From an uncultured Actinomycetota bacterium (GTDB lineage: Bacteria > Actinomycetota > Actinomycetes > Mycobacteriales > Mycobacteriaceae), in NCBI GenBank assembly GCA_963805835.1, contig CAWDVX010000028.1, positions 1,378-65,377 on the forward strand: a stretch of 64,000 bases of DNA, written 5' to 3'. The position numbers and the translations under genes were made by a program. Position 1 is the stretch's first letter; each line of letters opens with the position of its first letter. A model generated the notes under the pieces. It was given only the letters and a program-made list of their open reading frames with translations, did no database searches and was not told the DNA's origin. Shown piece by piece: positions 42,485-53,171 of the stretch.

Positions 42485-42711
42485 CCGCCCTGTGGCGGAC
42501 GCTCGGTGATTCGCGCTTCGACACTGTTCTCACCTACCGACAAGGTCACCGGACGCGGCAGTTTCGAGTCACCGGGCAGTGTGTCGAAAACCGTTCCCTG
42601 CCAGTGATAGCGCCCGTCGATCGGGTCGAGATGGCCGCACAGCCGCACGCGCACCACTCGCTCGACATCCCCGATACTGACCGTCGCCGGCCCGTCGTAG
42701 AGGTCGCTCAT
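42424..42711 (-). CDS. DUF4873 domain protein
   Basis: YDGPA, VRLCGHLDPIDGRYHWQG, GVGSPPFP. Confidence 0.8.
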   Translation of the reverse strand: MSDLYDGPATVSIGDVERVVRVRLCGHLDPIDGRYHWQGTVFDTLPGDSKLPRPVTLSVGENSVEARITERPPQGGYSVAGVGSPPFPLEELSGV

Positions 42712-42715
42712 TGCG

Positions 42716-43630
42716 CTAGTCGTTACTCTTCGCGCGAGCGCTCATCGGAAGAAACCCCGTCCGGCGCCACATGCGACGGGCGATCGGCCCCATCAGCCCG
42801 AGCTCCTCCAGGAAGGCGGCCAGTGGCGCGAATCCCGAGACCTGGGTCTCGCGGCGGTGCGGGCTTCGGCGCGCCGCGCGCCGGGCCGCACGGGCGTCGA
42901 GTCCGACGCGCCGGTACGGAGCCATGTTGGTGAACAGGAACCGGAAGAAGTAGCCGCCGAGCCCATTGACATTGGCTACGAAGAACTTCGGTGCCCAGCG
43001 CATGGTCGGGGTTCGCTTGCGCAGTCCGTCGCGCGCGAACTGAATGTGACGCGCCTCCTCGGTCACGTGAATCCGCATGAGACGCTGAACCATTGGCTGC
43101 AACTCGGGGTCGTCCATCATTTGTCGCTGCAGCGAGTCGAAGATCTCCTCGCCAATCAGGGCGGCCATCCACAGCACCGGTCCCTGGAACGCGAACGGCA
43201 GCAGGTTGATGATGAATCGTTGGTAGTACCTGGGCCGCACCGGTTTGGAGCCCACTCGCTCGATCGCCTTGCCGAACATCACCATGTGCCGGGTCTCGTC
43301 GCCGAGTTCGGTCAGCTCGTAGTGCGTGGCGCTGGCCGTCGGATCCTGGTGCATCATCTTGCGCAGCAGCGCCTGATTGAGGATGTTCTCGAACCAGATG
43401 CCCGCCGACAGGGTGTTCACCAATTCCTCGCGGGACAGTTCGATCTGCTGCGCGCGCGTCATCGCGTCCCACATCGGTGTGTCGTAGAGCGACACGGTTT
43501 TCGGCGGCAGGAAGAACTTGTCGGGATCCAGCGGTTCATCCCAGGCGATGTCCACGACAGGCGCGTAGGACTTCTTGACGGAGCCCTTCAGCAGTCGCTC
43601 GGCGAACTGCTGGCGAGTGGGTGCGGTCAT
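42716..43630 (-). CDS. AurF-family diiron N-oxygenase
   Basis: GIWFE, DETRH, GEE, HVTEEARH. Confidence 0.9.
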   Translation of the reverse strand: MTAPTRQQFAERLLKGSVKKSYAPVVDIAWDEPLDPDKFFLPPKTVSLYDTPMWDAMTRAQQIELSREELVNTLSAGIWFENILNQALLRKMMHQDPTASATHYELTELGDETRHMVMFGKAIERVGSKPVRPRYYQRFIINLLPFAFQGPVLWMAALIGEEIFDSLQRQMMDDPELQPMVQRLMRIHVTEEARHIQFARDGLRKRTPTMRWAPKFFVANVNGLGGYFFRFLFTNMAPYRRVGLDARAARRAARRSPHRRETQVSGFAPLAAFLEELGLMGPIARRMWRRTGFLPMSARAKSND

Positions 43631-43745
43631 CGGCGACGTTCCCTTCGTCCACGTTGTTGTGAAGGTAAGTTCCGCGGCCACAAGATGTCAATACCCCGGG
43701 TACCGCATACTCGCGGTATGTCCAGGTCATGACATACTCGCCGGC

Positions 43746-44501
43746 GTGACTCGTCGGATCCACGTCATCGGTATCGGCGCCGGAGATCCGGATCATGTGA
43801 CCGCCCAGGCGGTCGACGCATTGAACGACACCCAGGTGTTCTTCGCGATGGACAAGGGCGACACGAAGGACGATCTGGTCGCGTTGCGCCGACTGATTTG
43901 CGAACGGTTCATCCGTGAGCCCGGCTACCGGTTCGTCGAGCTGCCCGACCCGCCACGGGTCAAGGCCGCCGCGGACGGTCGGGCCTACCGTCAGGTCGTC
44001 GCCGACTGGCACGCGCGACGGGCAAAGGTGTGGGCGGACGCAATCGAGCACGAACTGGAAGAAGGTGGCGTCGGCGCCTTCCTGGCATGGGGTGACCCGT
44101 CGCTCTACGACAGCACCATTCGGATCCTCGAGACCGTCGCCACGCACGTCGACATCGACTACGACGTCATTCCCGGTATCACTGCGATCCAGGTGCTCAC
44201 CGCGCGACATCGCATCCCGCTCAACGACGTTGGCGAGCCCGTGCTGATCACCACCGGTCGCCAGTTGCGGGACAACGGACTGTCAGGCAGCGCGGTGGTG
44301 ATGCTCGATGCCGACTGTTCCTTCCAGGGATGCCCCGCCCAGACGCGCATCTGGTGGGGCGCCTACCTCGGCACAGCGGACGAGATACTGGTGGCGGGCA
44401 CCGTTGGCGAGGTCGGCGACAGAATTGTCGAACTCCGCGCAGAAGCCCGGTCCAGGCGCGGCTGGATTATGGACACCTACCTGCTGCGTTCGGCACACTG
44501 A
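43746..44501 (+). CDS. cobF: Precorrin-6A synthase (deacetylating)
   Basis: IGIGAGDPDHVT, LAWGDPSLYDST, IPGIT, WWGAYLG, GWIMDTYLL. Confidence 0.92.
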   Translation: MTRRIHVIGIGAGDPDHVTAQAVDALNDTQVFFAMDKGDTKDDLVALRRLICERFIREPGYRFVELPDPPRVKAAADGRAYRQVVADWHARRAKVWADAIEHELEEGGVGAFLAWGDPSLYDSTIRILETVATHVDIDYDVIPGITAIQVLTARHRIPLNDVGEPVLITTGRQLRDNGLSGSAVVMLDADCSFQGCPAQTRIWWGAYLGTADEILVAGTVGEVGDRIVELRAEARSRRGWIMDTYLLRSAH

Positions 44502-44505
44502 GCGG

Positions 44506-44910
44506 ATGTGGTCATTCCTGCTGCGCGCAGCACTGACGGGGTTTGCGCTGTGGGTGGTGACGCTGATCGTTCCCGGAATCAGGTTCGTCGGCGGGGATTC
44601 GACGCTGCAGGAAGTCGGCATCATTCTTGTCGTCGGGGTGATCTTCGGTCTGGTCAACGCGATCATCAAACCGATCGTGCAGTTCATCTCCATTCCGCTC
44701 TACATCCTGACGCTCGGCCTGGTCCACATCGTCATCAATGCGCTGATGCTGTGGATCACGTCGTGGATCACCGAGCACACCACCCACTGGGGCCTGTTCA
44801 TCGACAAATTCTGGTGGACCGCGATCTGGGCCGCGATCGTGCTGTCGATCGTCAGCTGGCTGCTCTCGCTGATCATCGGCCACGACGACGAACGCGTCAT
44901 GCGGGGCTGA
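44506..44910 (+). CDS. Four-TM 'phage holin family' (YvlD-like) membrane protein
   Basis: FGLVNAIIKPI...LTLGL..VINALML. Confidence 0.8.
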   Translation: MWSFLLRAALTGFALWVVTLIVPGIRFVGGDSTLQEVGIILVVGVIFGLVNAIIKPIVQFISIPLYILTLGLVHIVINALMLWITSWITEHTTHWGLFIDKFWWTAIWAAIVLSIVSWLLSLIIGHDDERVMRG

Positions 44911-44926
44911 CCGGGACACTGGACTC

Positions 44927-45880
44927 ATGCCCGAACTGCCCGAGATTGAAGCGCTCGCCGATCATCTGCGTCGCCACGCCGTTGGGCTGACCATCGGCCG
45001 GATCGACGTGTCGGCGTTCTCGGTGCTCAAGACATTCGACCCGGCCATCTCGGTGCTGCACGGCCAGACGGTCACAGGCGCCAACAGGTGGGGCAAGTAC
45101 CTGGGAATGCAGTCCGGTGACCTGCATTTGATCACGCATCTGTCGCGCGCGGGCTGGCTGCGGTGGTCCGACAAGCTCGCGGCGGCGCCGCTGAAGCCGG
45201 GTAAGGGACCGATCGCGCTGCGTGTCCATCTCGGCACACCGGGAGGCGGCTCCGGGATCCAATTCGCCGCCGGAGCGGCTCCGGGATCCAATGTCGCCGC
45301 CGGAGCGGCTCCGGGATCCAATGTCGCCGCCGGAGCGGCTCCGGGTTTCGACCTGACCGAGGCCGGGACACAGAAACGGCTGGCGGTGTGGCTGGTCGAT
45401 GACCCCGCCAAAGTTCCCGGTATCGCCGCACTCGGACCCGATGCATTGGACTTGTCAGCCGAGGATCTCGCCAGAGTGCTCGCGCCGAACAGCGGTCGGA
45501 TCAAGACCGTCATCACCGACCAGAAGGTGATCGCCGGCATCGGCAACGCTTACAGCGACGAGATTCTGCACGTCGCCAAGATCTCGCCGTTCGCGACGGC
45601 GGGCAAGCTGTCCGAAGCGCAACTCGCCGCGCTGCACGACGCGATGATCTCGGTGCTCACCGACGCGGTGACGCGATCGGTCGGCCAGCAGGCCGCCATG
45701 CTCAAGGGGGAGAAGCGTTCAGGCCTTCGCGTGCATGCCCGCACAGGTCTGCCGTGTCCGGTGTGCGGTGACACCGTGCGCGAAGTGTCGTTCGCCGACA
45801 AGTCGTTTCAGTACTGCCCGACGTGTCAGACCGGAGGCAAGGTGCTCGCCGACCGGCGGATGTCACGGTTGCTCAAATAG
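44927..45880 (+). CDS. Fpg/Nei-family DNA glycosylase (Rv0944-like) with in-frame repeat insert
   Basis: MPELPE, H2TH GIGNAYSDEIL, zinc finger CPVC...CPTC. Confidence 0.92.
   Translation: MPELPEIEALADHLRRHAVGLTIGRIDVSAFSVLKTFDPAISVLHGQTVTGANRWGKYLGMQSGDLHLITHLSRAGWLRWSDKLAAAPLKPGKGPIALRVHLGTPGGGSGIQFAAGAAPGSNVAAGAAPGSNVAAGAAPGFDLTEAGTQKRLAVWLVDDPAKVPGIAALGPDALDLSAEDLARVLAPNSGRIKTVITDQKVIAGIGNAYSDEILHVAKISPFATAGKLSEAQLAALHDAMISVLTDAVTRSVGQQAAMLKGEKRSGLRVHARTGLPCPVCGDTVREVSFADKSFQYCPTCQTGGKVLADRRMSRLLK
45243..45345 (+). repeat. 30-bp tandem repeat, about 3.4 copies, inside the glycosylase gene
   Basis: gcggctccgggatccaatgtcgccgccgga repeated; encodes AAPGSNVAAG. Confidence 0.95.
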
Positions 45881-46177
45881 GTTGGCAGTACGAGTGGGTC
45901 GCCGACGACAGCGCCTGCTGATATAGCGGATCGAGTCCGCGTGCAGCAATCACGGCCGATTTGGCGTCCGTCAGATCCTGGCGGCGGCCCTCGCTCTGTA
46001 GTGAATTCCAGTGCGTGGTTCGCCCTCGCCGACCGCTGGGCCGCCGTGTCCACCAGCTGTTAGCGGGGGTAGACCCGGCTGAGCTGCGGCGGAAGGGGTC
46101 ACGCCGACTTGGCTGGCGAGCAGGACCGCGCCCAGCAATAGGGCACTTCGATTCGGGATCACCGAATCGTCATGCAT
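45880..46177 (-). CDS. Probable small secreted protein (frameshifted)
   Basis: Signal-like ALLLGAVLLASQVGVTPSAAAQP; the frame breaks, and a tail AGAVVGDPLVLPT lies in another frame. End approximate. Confidence 0.4.
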
Positions 46178-46188
46178 AAGCTGACCGC

Positions 46189-46938
46189 GTGACTCGACAA
46201 CGGATCTTGATCACCGGCGCCAGCTCAGGGCTTGGCGAAGGTATGGCCAGGGCGTTCGCCGCCAAGGGTCGCGACCTCGCACTCTGCGCCCGCCGCATCG
46301 ACCGGCTCGACGAGTTGAAGGCCGAGCTGGAGGCCGCGCACCCCGGCATCACCGTCGCTGTGGCCACGCTCGACGTCAACGAGCACGAGCAAGTGCCGAA
46401 GGTGTTCGCTGAGCTAGCCGACGCACTGGGTGGCATCGACCGTGTTGTCGTCAACGCGGGCATCGGCAAGGGTGCGCCGCTGGGGTCGGGCAAGCTGTGG
46501 GCCAATAAGGCCACCATCGAGACGAATCTTGTTGCGGCACTTGTGCAGATCGAAACAGCGCTGGAAATGTTCAAGGCCGCCGGCGGTGGTCACCTGGTGC
46601 TGATTTCGTCGGTGCTCGGCAACAAGGGCGTGCCCGGTGTCAAGGCGGCCTACGCCGCGAGCAAGGCCGGCGTCACGTCTCTCGGGGAGTCGCTGCGGGC
46701 CGAGTACCTCAGCGGCCCGATCAAGGTGACCACGTTGGAGCCGGGATACATCGAATCCGAGATGACGGCGAAGTCGGCATCGACGTTGTTGATGGTGGAC
46801 AACGAAACCGGGGTCAACGCGATGGTCGATGCCATGGAGCGCGAGGCCGGTCGGGCCGCCGTCCCGTGGTGGCCGTGGGGACCGCTGGTGCAGCTGATGC
46901 GGGTGCTGCCGCCGCGGCTCGCACGTCGTTTTGCATAG
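46189..46938 (+). CDS. SDR oxidoreductase (Rv0945-like)
   Basis: TGASSGLG, NAGIG, YAASK. Confidence 0.9.
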   Translation: MTRQRILITGASSGLGEGMARAFAAKGRDLALCARRIDRLDELKAELEAAHPGITVAVATLDVNEHEQVPKVFAELADALGGIDRVVVNAGIGKGAPLGSGKLWANKATIETNLVAALVQIETALEMFKAAGGGHLVLISSVLGNKGVPGVKAAYAASKAGVTSLGESLRAEYLSGPIKVTTLEPGYIESEMTAKSASTLLMVDNETGVNAMVDAMEREAGRAAVPWWPWGPLVQLMRVLPPRLARRFA

Positions 46939-46984
46939 AAACGCTTCATGTTTAGTGGCTCCGCCGCCGTGGTAGCCCATATGC

Positions 46985-47362
46985 ATGAACGCAAAGATGA
47001 CGAAGATGACGCCTTTCCTGTTCGCGGGTGCCGTGGCCGCTGCGATCGCCGCTGCGCCCATCGCCGGCGCTCAGCCGGCGCCACCTCCGTGCGTGAATGC
47101 TGACGGTTCGCCATGCGGCGCCATCGGCAGCGTGAATGCCGGTCCCGGCGGCGGTGCGGACGTGAACATTCCCGGTGGCCCCGTTGGTAACGCTGACACT
47201 GGCGGCGCCTCCGGCGTGATTCCCAACGGTCCCGGTGGATCCGCAGGTCCGGGTGGAGCCAGCGGTTCACTGTCGCCCGTCGGGCCCGGTGGCTCGGCAG
47301 GCCCCGGTGGGGCCAGTGGATGCCTCCCGAATGTCGGGTGCATCAACATCCCCGCTGGATAA
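46985..47362 (+). CDS. Secreted Gly/Pro-rich protein with terminal Cys pairs
   Basis: Signal ending AGA-QP; PCVNADGSPC; GPGGSAGPGGASG repeats; CLPNVGC. Confidence 0.75.
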   Translation: MNAKMTKMTPFLFAGAVAAAIAAAPIAGAQPAPPPCVNADGSPCGAIGSVNAGPGGGADVNIPGGPVGNADTGGASGVIPNGPGGSAGPGGASGSLSPVGPGGSAGPGGASGCLPNVGCINIPAG

Positions 47363-47475
47363 CCCGGCATAGAGATCACCGCAGCGCGGCGTACGTCCCC
47401 CCGGACGGACGCCGCGTTGTGCTTTCTCGTTGCAATGACTTGACAAGTCATTGGGTTTTCACAACAGTATGTTGT

Positions 47476-47784
47476 ATGAGTCCAGTGAGGCGAGGCGCGG
47501 CCCTCCCTATCCACAACCGCATCGGTGTCCTGCGCGCCGAGCGGCAGATGACCCGGGTGCAACTCGCGGAGTTGGTCGATGTCAACCCGCAGACGGTCGG
47601 CGCTTTGGAACGGGGCGACCACTTTCCCAGCCTCGATCTGGCGTTCCGGATCTGCGATGTCTTCCAGCTCCCCGTCGAGGCGGTGTTCTCGCGCACGCCG
47701 TTCGCGCCACTGTCCGCCGAGCACTACCGAAGGCCCGCAACACAAAGAGGCGAATCCGATGTCCAGCCCGACCGCGCAGAGTAA
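47476..47784 (+). CDS. XRE-family HTH regulator
   Basis: NRIGVLRAERQMTRVQLAELVDVNPQTVGALERGDHFPSLDLA. Confidence 0.88.
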   Translation: MSPVRRGAALPIHNRIGVLRAERQMTRVQLAELVDVNPQTVGALERGDHFPSLDLAFRICDVFQLPVEAVFSRTPFAPLSAEHYRRPATQRGESDVQPDRAE

Positions 47785-47830
47785 TCCGACGCTCATCGAC
47801 CGGTACCAGGACTACCGCACCCGGCGATGA
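47759..47830 (+). pseudogene. Truncated partner gene downstream of the XRE regulator
   Basis: RBS agagg then MSSPTAQSNPTLIDRYQDYRTRR* ending abruptly before a palindromic repeat. Confidence 0.4.
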
Positions 47831-47867
47831 TCCTCGGCTGGATCCGGCCGAACCCGGACGCCTAGGC

Positions 47868-47920
47868 GCGATTTCGGTGTACTGCGTCGCGCTCAGCGCG
47901 ACCAGTGACACCGAAATCGC
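47868..47920. repeat. REP-like palindromic element, possible bidirectional terminator
   Basis: gcgatttcggtgt...acaccgaaatcgc; same family as 53112-53163. Confidence 0.8.
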
Positions 47921-49587
47921 TACGCAGAGCGGCCGCGCTCGGTGCGGTAGTGCCGGACGAGAGCGTCTGTCGAGGAGTCCGATTGCTCGGCAGGGGAGTC
48001 GTCGCCGGTGAGCACCGGCAGCAGCGCCTTTGCTTGGGTCTTGCCCAATTCCACGCCCCACTGGTCGAACGAGTCGATGCCCCAGACGACGCCCTCGGTG
48101 AACACCTGATGTTCGTACAGCGCGATCAACTGGCCCAGCGCCGACGGCGTGAGCTTCGTGGCGAGGATTGAGGTACTGGGCCGGTTGCCCGGCATCACCT
48201 TGTGCGGAACGACTGCTGGTGGCGTCCCCTCCGCGGCGATCTCCTCTGCGGTTTTGCCGAACGCCAGCACCTGGGTCTGCGCGAAGAAGTTGCTCATCAA
48301 CAGGTCGTGCATGCTGCCCGTGCCGTCGGCCGTCGGGAGGTCGTCGGTGGGCTGTGAGAACCCGAGGAAGTCGGCGGGCACCAGCCTTGTGCCCTGATGC
48401 AGCAGCTGATAGAAGGCGTGTTGGCCGTTGGTTCCTGGTTCGCCCCAGAAGATTTCGCCCGTGCTCGTCGTCACCGGTGAGCCGTCGGCACGCACCGACT
48501 TGCCATTCGACTCCATGGTCAGCTGCTGCAGGTAGGCCGCGAACCGGGACAGATCGTTCGAATATGGCAGTACCGCACGGGTTTCCGCGCCGAAGAACTC
48601 GTTGTACCACAGTCCGATGAGGCCGAGCAAGGCTGGCGCGTTGGCTTCCAGCGGTGCGGTGCGGAAGTGTTCGTCGACGATGTGGAAGCCGGACAGGAAT
48701 TCGGCGAACCGCTCACGGCCGATGACGGCCATCACGCTCAATCCGATTGCGCTGTCGACGGAGTAGCGCCCGCCGACCCAATCCCAGAAGCCGAACATGT
48801 TCTCGGTGTTGATGCCGAAATCGTCGACCAACTTCTTGTTGGTCGACACCGCCACGAAGTGCTTCGACACCGCGGCGTCGCCGAGCGCGTCGGTGAGCCA
48901 ACGGCGCGCAGCCGTCGCATTGGTCAGTGTCTCCAGCGTCGAGAACGTCTTGGATGCGACGATGAAAAGCGTTGTCGCCGGGTCGAGCCCATCGAGCTTG
49001 GCCACCAGGTCGGCGGGGTCGACGTTGGACACGAACCGTGCCGAGACGCCAGCGTCCGCATAGTGGCGCAGGCCAAGGGTGACCATCGCCGGGCCGAGGT
49101 CCGAACCGCCGATGCCGATGTTGACGACCGTGGTGATGCGTTCACCGGTCGCGCCGGTCCATTCGCCACTGCGCAGCCGGTCGGTGAAGTCACCCATCTT
49201 GTCGAGCACCTCGTGCACGTCGGCTACGACGTCTTGACCGTCGACCGTCAGGTCGGCACCCCGCGGCAGCCGCAGCGCGGTGTGCAGCACGGCCCGGTCT
49301 TCGGAGGTGTTGATGTGGACGCCGGAGAACATCGCGTCGCGGCGCTGCTCCAAACCTGCCGTTCGCGCCAGGTCCACCAGCATCGACAGCGTCTCCCGGG
49401 TCACACGGTGCTTGCTGTAGTCGATGTACAGATCGCCGACCGTGAGCGCCAGTTCCGTCCCGCGGGCGGGATCTTCGGCGAACAGTTCGCGTAGCGGCTT
49501 GTCGCCTATATCGTCGTGATGCCGTTGCAGGGCCTGCCAAGCGGCAGTGGCGGTGATGTCGGGAATCTGCGAGGTATCGGCGGTCAT
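47920..49587 (-). CDS. pgi: Glucose-6-phosphate isomerase
   Basis: [44 protein letters not shown]. Confidence 0.98.
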   Translation of the reverse strand: MTADTSQIPDITATAAWQALQRHHDDIGDKPLRELFAEDPARGTELALTVGDLYIDYSKHRVTRETLSMLVDLARTAGLEQRRDAMFSGVHINTSEDRAVLHTALRLPRGADLTVDGQDVVADVHEVLDKMGDFTDRLRSGEWTGATGERITTVVNIGIGGSDLGPAMVTLGLRHYADAGVSARFVSNVDPADLVAKLDGLDPATTLFIVASKTFSTLETLTNATAARRWLTDALGDAAVSKHFVAVSTNKKLVDDFGINTENMFGFWDWVGGRYSVDSAIGLSVMAVIGRERFAEFLSGFHIVDEHFRTAPLEANAPALLGLIGLWYNEFFGAETRAVLPYSNDLSRFAAYLQQLTMESNGKSVRADGSPVTTSTGEIFWGEPGTNGQHAFYQLLHQGTRLVPADFLGFSQPTDDLPTADGTGSMHDLLMSNFFAQTQVLAFGKTAEEIAAEGTPPAVVPHKVMPGNRPSTSILATKLTPSALGQLIALYEHQVFTEGVVWGIDSFDQWGVELGKTQAKALLPVLTGDDSPAEQSDSSTDALVRHYRTERGRSA

Positions 49588-49635
49588 GTAGCCGACACTA
49601 ATGCGGCTAAATGTCCAAAGGTGTAAGAGGGAGTA

Positions 49636-51084
49636 ATGGATACCGCCAAGCTGCTGTCATCTGTGCCCACCGGTCTGTGGATCGGTGGTGAAGAACGCCC
49701 GGGTTCCTCGACGTTCGACGTGCTCGACCCGTCCGATGACAAGGTACTGATTTCCGTCGCGAATGCGACGGCCGAAGACGCCGTTGCTGCGCTGGACGCC
49801 GCATGCGCTGTGCAGGCCGACTGGGCCGCCACCTCACCCCGCGAGCGAGGCGAGATCCTGCGCTCGGTGTTCGAGAAGATCACCGACCGCGCCGAGGACC
49901 TCGCCACCCTGATGACGCTCGAGATGGGCAAGGTGCTGCCGGAGAGCATGGGCGAGGTCAAGTACGGCTCCGAGTTCTTCCGCTGGTTCGCCGAGGAGGC
50001 CGTGCGGATCGCGGGCCGCTTCACGCCGAGCCCGGCGGGCACCGGCCGCATCCTCGTCACCAAACAACCCGTCGGCCCGTGCTACGCGATCACCCCGTGG
50101 AACTTCCCCCTGGCCATGGGAACCCGAAAGATCGGGCCGGCATTCGCCGCAGGTTGCACGATGATCGTCAAACCGGCGCAGGAGACGCCGCTGACGATGC
50201 TGTTGCTGGCCAAGCTGATGGGCGAGGCGGGCCTGCCCAAGGGTGTGCTGTCGGTACTGCCGACCAGCAGTCCCGGGCCGGTGACGGAGGCGCTGATCGA
50301 CGACGGTCGGCTTCGCAAGCTGACCTTCACCGGATCGACCGGCGTCGGTAAGGCCCTGGTGAAGCAGTCGGCCGACAAGCTGCTGCGTACGTCGATGGAG
50401 CTCGGTGGCAATGCGCCGTTCATCGTGTTCGACGACGCCGATGTGGATGCCGCCGTCGACGGCGCGATCCTGGCCAAGATGCGCAACGGCGGCGAGGCGT
50501 GCACGGCGGCCAACCGCTTCCACGTCGCCAACGCGGTGCGCGAGGAGTTCACCGAGAAGCTGGTCAAGCGGATGAGTGAGTTCACGCTCGGCAAGGGCAT
50601 CGAGGAATCGTCCACGCTGGGCCCGCTGATCAACGCCAAGCAGGTGGCCACCGTCGAGGATCTGGTGTCCGACGCCGTGTCGCGGGGCGCGACCGTCGCC
50701 GTCGGCGGTGTGGCGCCCGGCGGCCCTGGCAACTTCTACCCGGCGACCGTGCTGGCCGATGTGCCCGCCGATGCCCGCATCCTCAAGGAGGAGGTGTTCG
50801 GGCCGGTCGCGCCGATCACCGGCTTCGACACCGAGGAGGAGGGTGTCGCCGCGGCCAACGACACCGAGTACGGGCTGGCGGCCTACGTCTACACGCAGTC
50901 GCTGGACCGTGCGCTGCGCGTCGCCGAAGGCATTCAGTCCGGGATGGTCGGCATCAACCGCGGCGTGATCTCCGACCCGGCGGCACCGTTCGGCGGGGTC
51001 AAGGAATCCGGATTCGGCCGCGAGGGCGGCTCCGAAGGCATCGACGAGTACCTCGACGTCAAGTACATCGCGCTGACCAAGTAA
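49636..51084 (+). CDS. gabD: NAD(P)-dependent succinate-semialdehyde dehydrogenase
   Basis: [37 protein letters not shown]. Confidence 0.9.
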   Translation: MDTAKLLSSVPTGLWIGGEERPGSSTFDVLDPSDDKVLISVANATAEDAVAALDAACAVQADWAATSPRERGEILRSVFEKITDRAEDLATLMTLEMGKVLPESMGEVKYGSEFFRWFAEEAVRIAGRFTPSPAGTGRILVTKQPVGPCYAITPWNFPLAMGTRKIGPAFAAGCTMIVKPAQETPLTMLLLAKLMGEAGLPKGVLSVLPTSSPGPVTEALIDDGRLRKLTFTGSTGVGKALVKQSADKLLRTSMELGGNAPFIVFDDADVDAAVDGAILAKMRNGGEACTAANRFHVANAVREEFTEKLVKRMSEFTLGKGIEESSTLGPLINAKQVATVEDLVSDAVSRGATVAVGGVAPGGPGNFYPATVLADVPADARILKEEVFGPVAPITGFDTEEEGVAAANDTEYGLAAYVYTQSLDRALRVAEGIQSGMVGINRGVISDPAAPFGGVKESGFGREGGSEGIDEYLDVKYIALTK

Positions 51085-51104
51085 CGCGCGTCTCCCGCTG
51101 GTCT

Positions 51105-51166
51105 CGCGACCAGACGGAAAAGGACCCTTTTCGTCGGCGTGTCGGGGACTTTCGCGTCTGCTCGCG
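51105..51166. repeat. Mycobacterial palindromic intergenic repeat
   Basis: cgcgaccagacggaaaagg...actttcgcgtctgctcgcg imperfect hairpin. Confidence 0.7.
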
Positions 51167-51183
51167 CGGGCAAGATTTCGGCA

Positions 51184-53112
51184 GTGAAAGCCGTCCATCG
51201 CGATCGCGGAATCCCCGCGCTGGACGGCATCCGTGCGGTGGCGGTCGCGCTCGTATTGGCCGACCACGGCGGCATTCCCGGGTTGTCGGGTGGCTTCCTC
51301 GGCGTCGACGTGTTCTTCGTCCTCAGCGGATTCCTGATCACCTCGCTGCTGCTCGACGAGCACCGCAACACCGGGCACATCGGGCTGACGGGCTTCTGGA
51401 TCCGGCGCGCACGCCGCCTGCTGCCTGCGCTGCTCGTGATGGTGCTCGCCGTGGTGGCCGCGCGCGAGCTGTTCTCGCCTGAATCGACGGCGACGCTGCG
51501 GGACGACGCCGTCGCGTCGTTCTTCTGGGTGTCGAACTGGGTCTTCGTCGCGCAGCGCACCGACTACTTCGCACAGGGTGCGCCGCCGTCGCCGCTGCAG
51601 CACACCTGGTCGTTGGGCGTCGAGGAGCAGTACTACCTGCTCTGGCCACTCCTGCTGATCGCGGTGGCCGCCCTCTTCTGGGCGCAAATGCGACTGGCCG
51701 TCTTCGTGTTGTCGACGGTCGGCGTCATCGCGTCGGCGACGGCGGCGATGGTGCTCACCACCGATTCGACGCTGAACCGGATCTACTTCGGCACCGACTC
51801 CAGGGCCCAGGCGCTGCTCGTCGGCGCGGCCGCCGCCGCCCTCCTGGTGCGGGACTGGTCGGTGCTCAACGACGGCGGCACCCTGATCCGCACACGCTGG
51901 GGCCACATCGTCGCGCGGATCCTGCCGTTCATCGGGCTGGCGGTGCTGGCCGCAGCGGCGCACTACGCGACAGGCAGCGTCAGCGATTTCCGGAGCGGTC
52001 TGCTGATCGTGGTAGCGGTCGCGGCTGTGCTTGTCATCGCGCCGGTGGCCTTGGAGCAGGACGGGCCGGTCGCACGCGCCCTGGCATGGCGGCCGCTGGT
52101 GTGGCTCGGCGCGATCTCCTATGGCGTGTACCTCTGGCACTGGCCGATCTTCCTGGCGCTCAACGGCGAGCGAACGGGGTGGTCGGGCTGGCCGCTGTTC
52201 GCCGTGCGCTGCGCGGCCACGGTGGCGCTGGCCGCGGCGTCGTGGTGGCTGCTCGAACAGCCGATCCGACGCTGGCGGCCGGTGTTCGTCCCGATGCTGC
52301 CGCTGGCGGGCGCGACGGCCGCGACCGCCGCGGTCGTGACGATGACGGTGTTGCCGGTGGGCGTGAACCCCCAGCTGACGCCGGATCCGGCGATCGACTC
52401 CGCCGCGCTGATCGCACCGGAGGTCCCCGTGGAAGTGCCCAGACCGCCAACGCATGATCCCGGCACCCGGACCGTCGCGGTGTTCGGCGACTCGGTCGCG
52501 TGGACGATGATGCGGTATCTGCCGCCGACGCCGGGACTCGCGTTCACCAACTACACGACGATCGGGTGCGGCATCGCCCGCGGCGGTCCCTATCGGTATG
52601 TCGGCCAGACGCTGAACCAGAAGCCCGAGTGCGACGCCTGGCCGAGCCGGTGGTCGCAGCGCATCAACCACGACCGGCCCGACGTGGTGCTGTTGATCGT
52701 CGGCCGCTGGGAGGTCGTCGACCGGATGCAAGAGGGCAGCTGGACGAACATCGGCGAGACTGGCTACGAGGAGTATCTGCGGGGCGAACTCAACCGTGCA
52801 CTCGACATTCTCGGTTCGACCGGCGCGCGGATCATCGTCACCACCGAGCCCTACAACCGGCGTGCCGAAAAGCCGGATGGCAGCTTGTATCCCGAAGACG
52901 ACCCGGATCGCGTCGACGAGTGGAACGCGCTGCTTCGCCGCGTCGTCAAGGCGCGCCCGAACGTGACGCTGCTCGATCTGAATGAGAAGTTGGGGCCGAA
53001 CGGCGTCTACACCAACTGGGTCGACGGCATCCGCATGCGAAGTGATGGCGTGCACCCGACGCCCGGAGCGGTGAAGTGGTTGACGCCGTGGTTAATTGAC
53101 GCGCTGCATTAG
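51184..53112 (+). CDS. Acyltransferase-3 plus SGNH domain O-acyltransferase (OafA/OatA-like)
   Basis: LDGIRAVAV, GVDVFFVLSGFLIT, HTWSLGVEEQYY, FGDS, DGVH. Confidence 0.92.
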   Translation: MKAVHRDRGIPALDGIRAVAVALVLADHGGIPGLSGGFLGVDVFFVLSGFLITSLLLDEHRNTGHIGLTGFWIRRARRLLPALLVMVLAVVAARELFSPESTATLRDDAVASFFWVSNWVFVAQRTDYFAQGAPPSPLQHTWSLGVEEQYYLLWPLLLIAVAALFWAQMRLAVFVLSTVGVIASATAAMVLTTDSTLNRIYFGTDSRAQALLVGAAAAALLVRDWSVLNDGGTLIRTRWGHIVARILPFIGLAVLAAAAHYATGSVSDFRSGLLIVVAVAAVLVIAPVALEQDGPVARALAWRPLVWLGAISYGVYLWHWPIFLALNGERTGWSGWPLFAVRCAATVALAAASWWLLEQPIRRWRPVFVPMLPLAGATAATAAVVTMTVLPVGVNPQLTPDPAIDSAALIAPEVPVEVPRPPTHDPGTRTVAVFGDSVAWTMMRYLPPTPGLAFTNYTTIGCGIARGGPYRYVGQTLNQKPECDAWPSRWSQRINHDRPDVVLLIVGRWEVVDRMQEGSWTNIGETGYEEYLRGELNRALDILGSTGARIIVTTEPYNRRAEKPDGSLYPEDDPDRVDEWNALLRRVVKARPNVTLLDLNEKLGPNGVYTNWVDGIRMRSDGVHPTPGAVKWLTPWLIDALH

Positions 53113-53163
53113 CGATTTCGGCGTGCGCGTCTCGCTGAGGGTGACCCGGCACGCCCAAATCGC
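53112..53163. repeat. REP-like palindromic element between convergent genes
   Basis: gcgatttcggcgtg...cacgcccaaatcgc. Confidence 0.8.
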
Positions 53164-53171
53164 CAGGGGGT

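Noticed and set aside
44506-44910. Holin-family gene as evidence of a prophage
   Set aside because: Common chromosomal membrane protein, with no phage genes nearby.
45243-45345. 30-bp repeats as a CRISPR array
   Set aside because: Head-to-tail with no spacers, inside a CDS, and no cas genes.
49834-53055. 1073-aa minus-strand ORF and similar long antisense ORFs (18925-20568, 25918-27564, 58335-59669, 60367-62040)
   Set aside because: Shadow frames of well-supported genes on the opposite strand in high-GC DNA, with no motifs.
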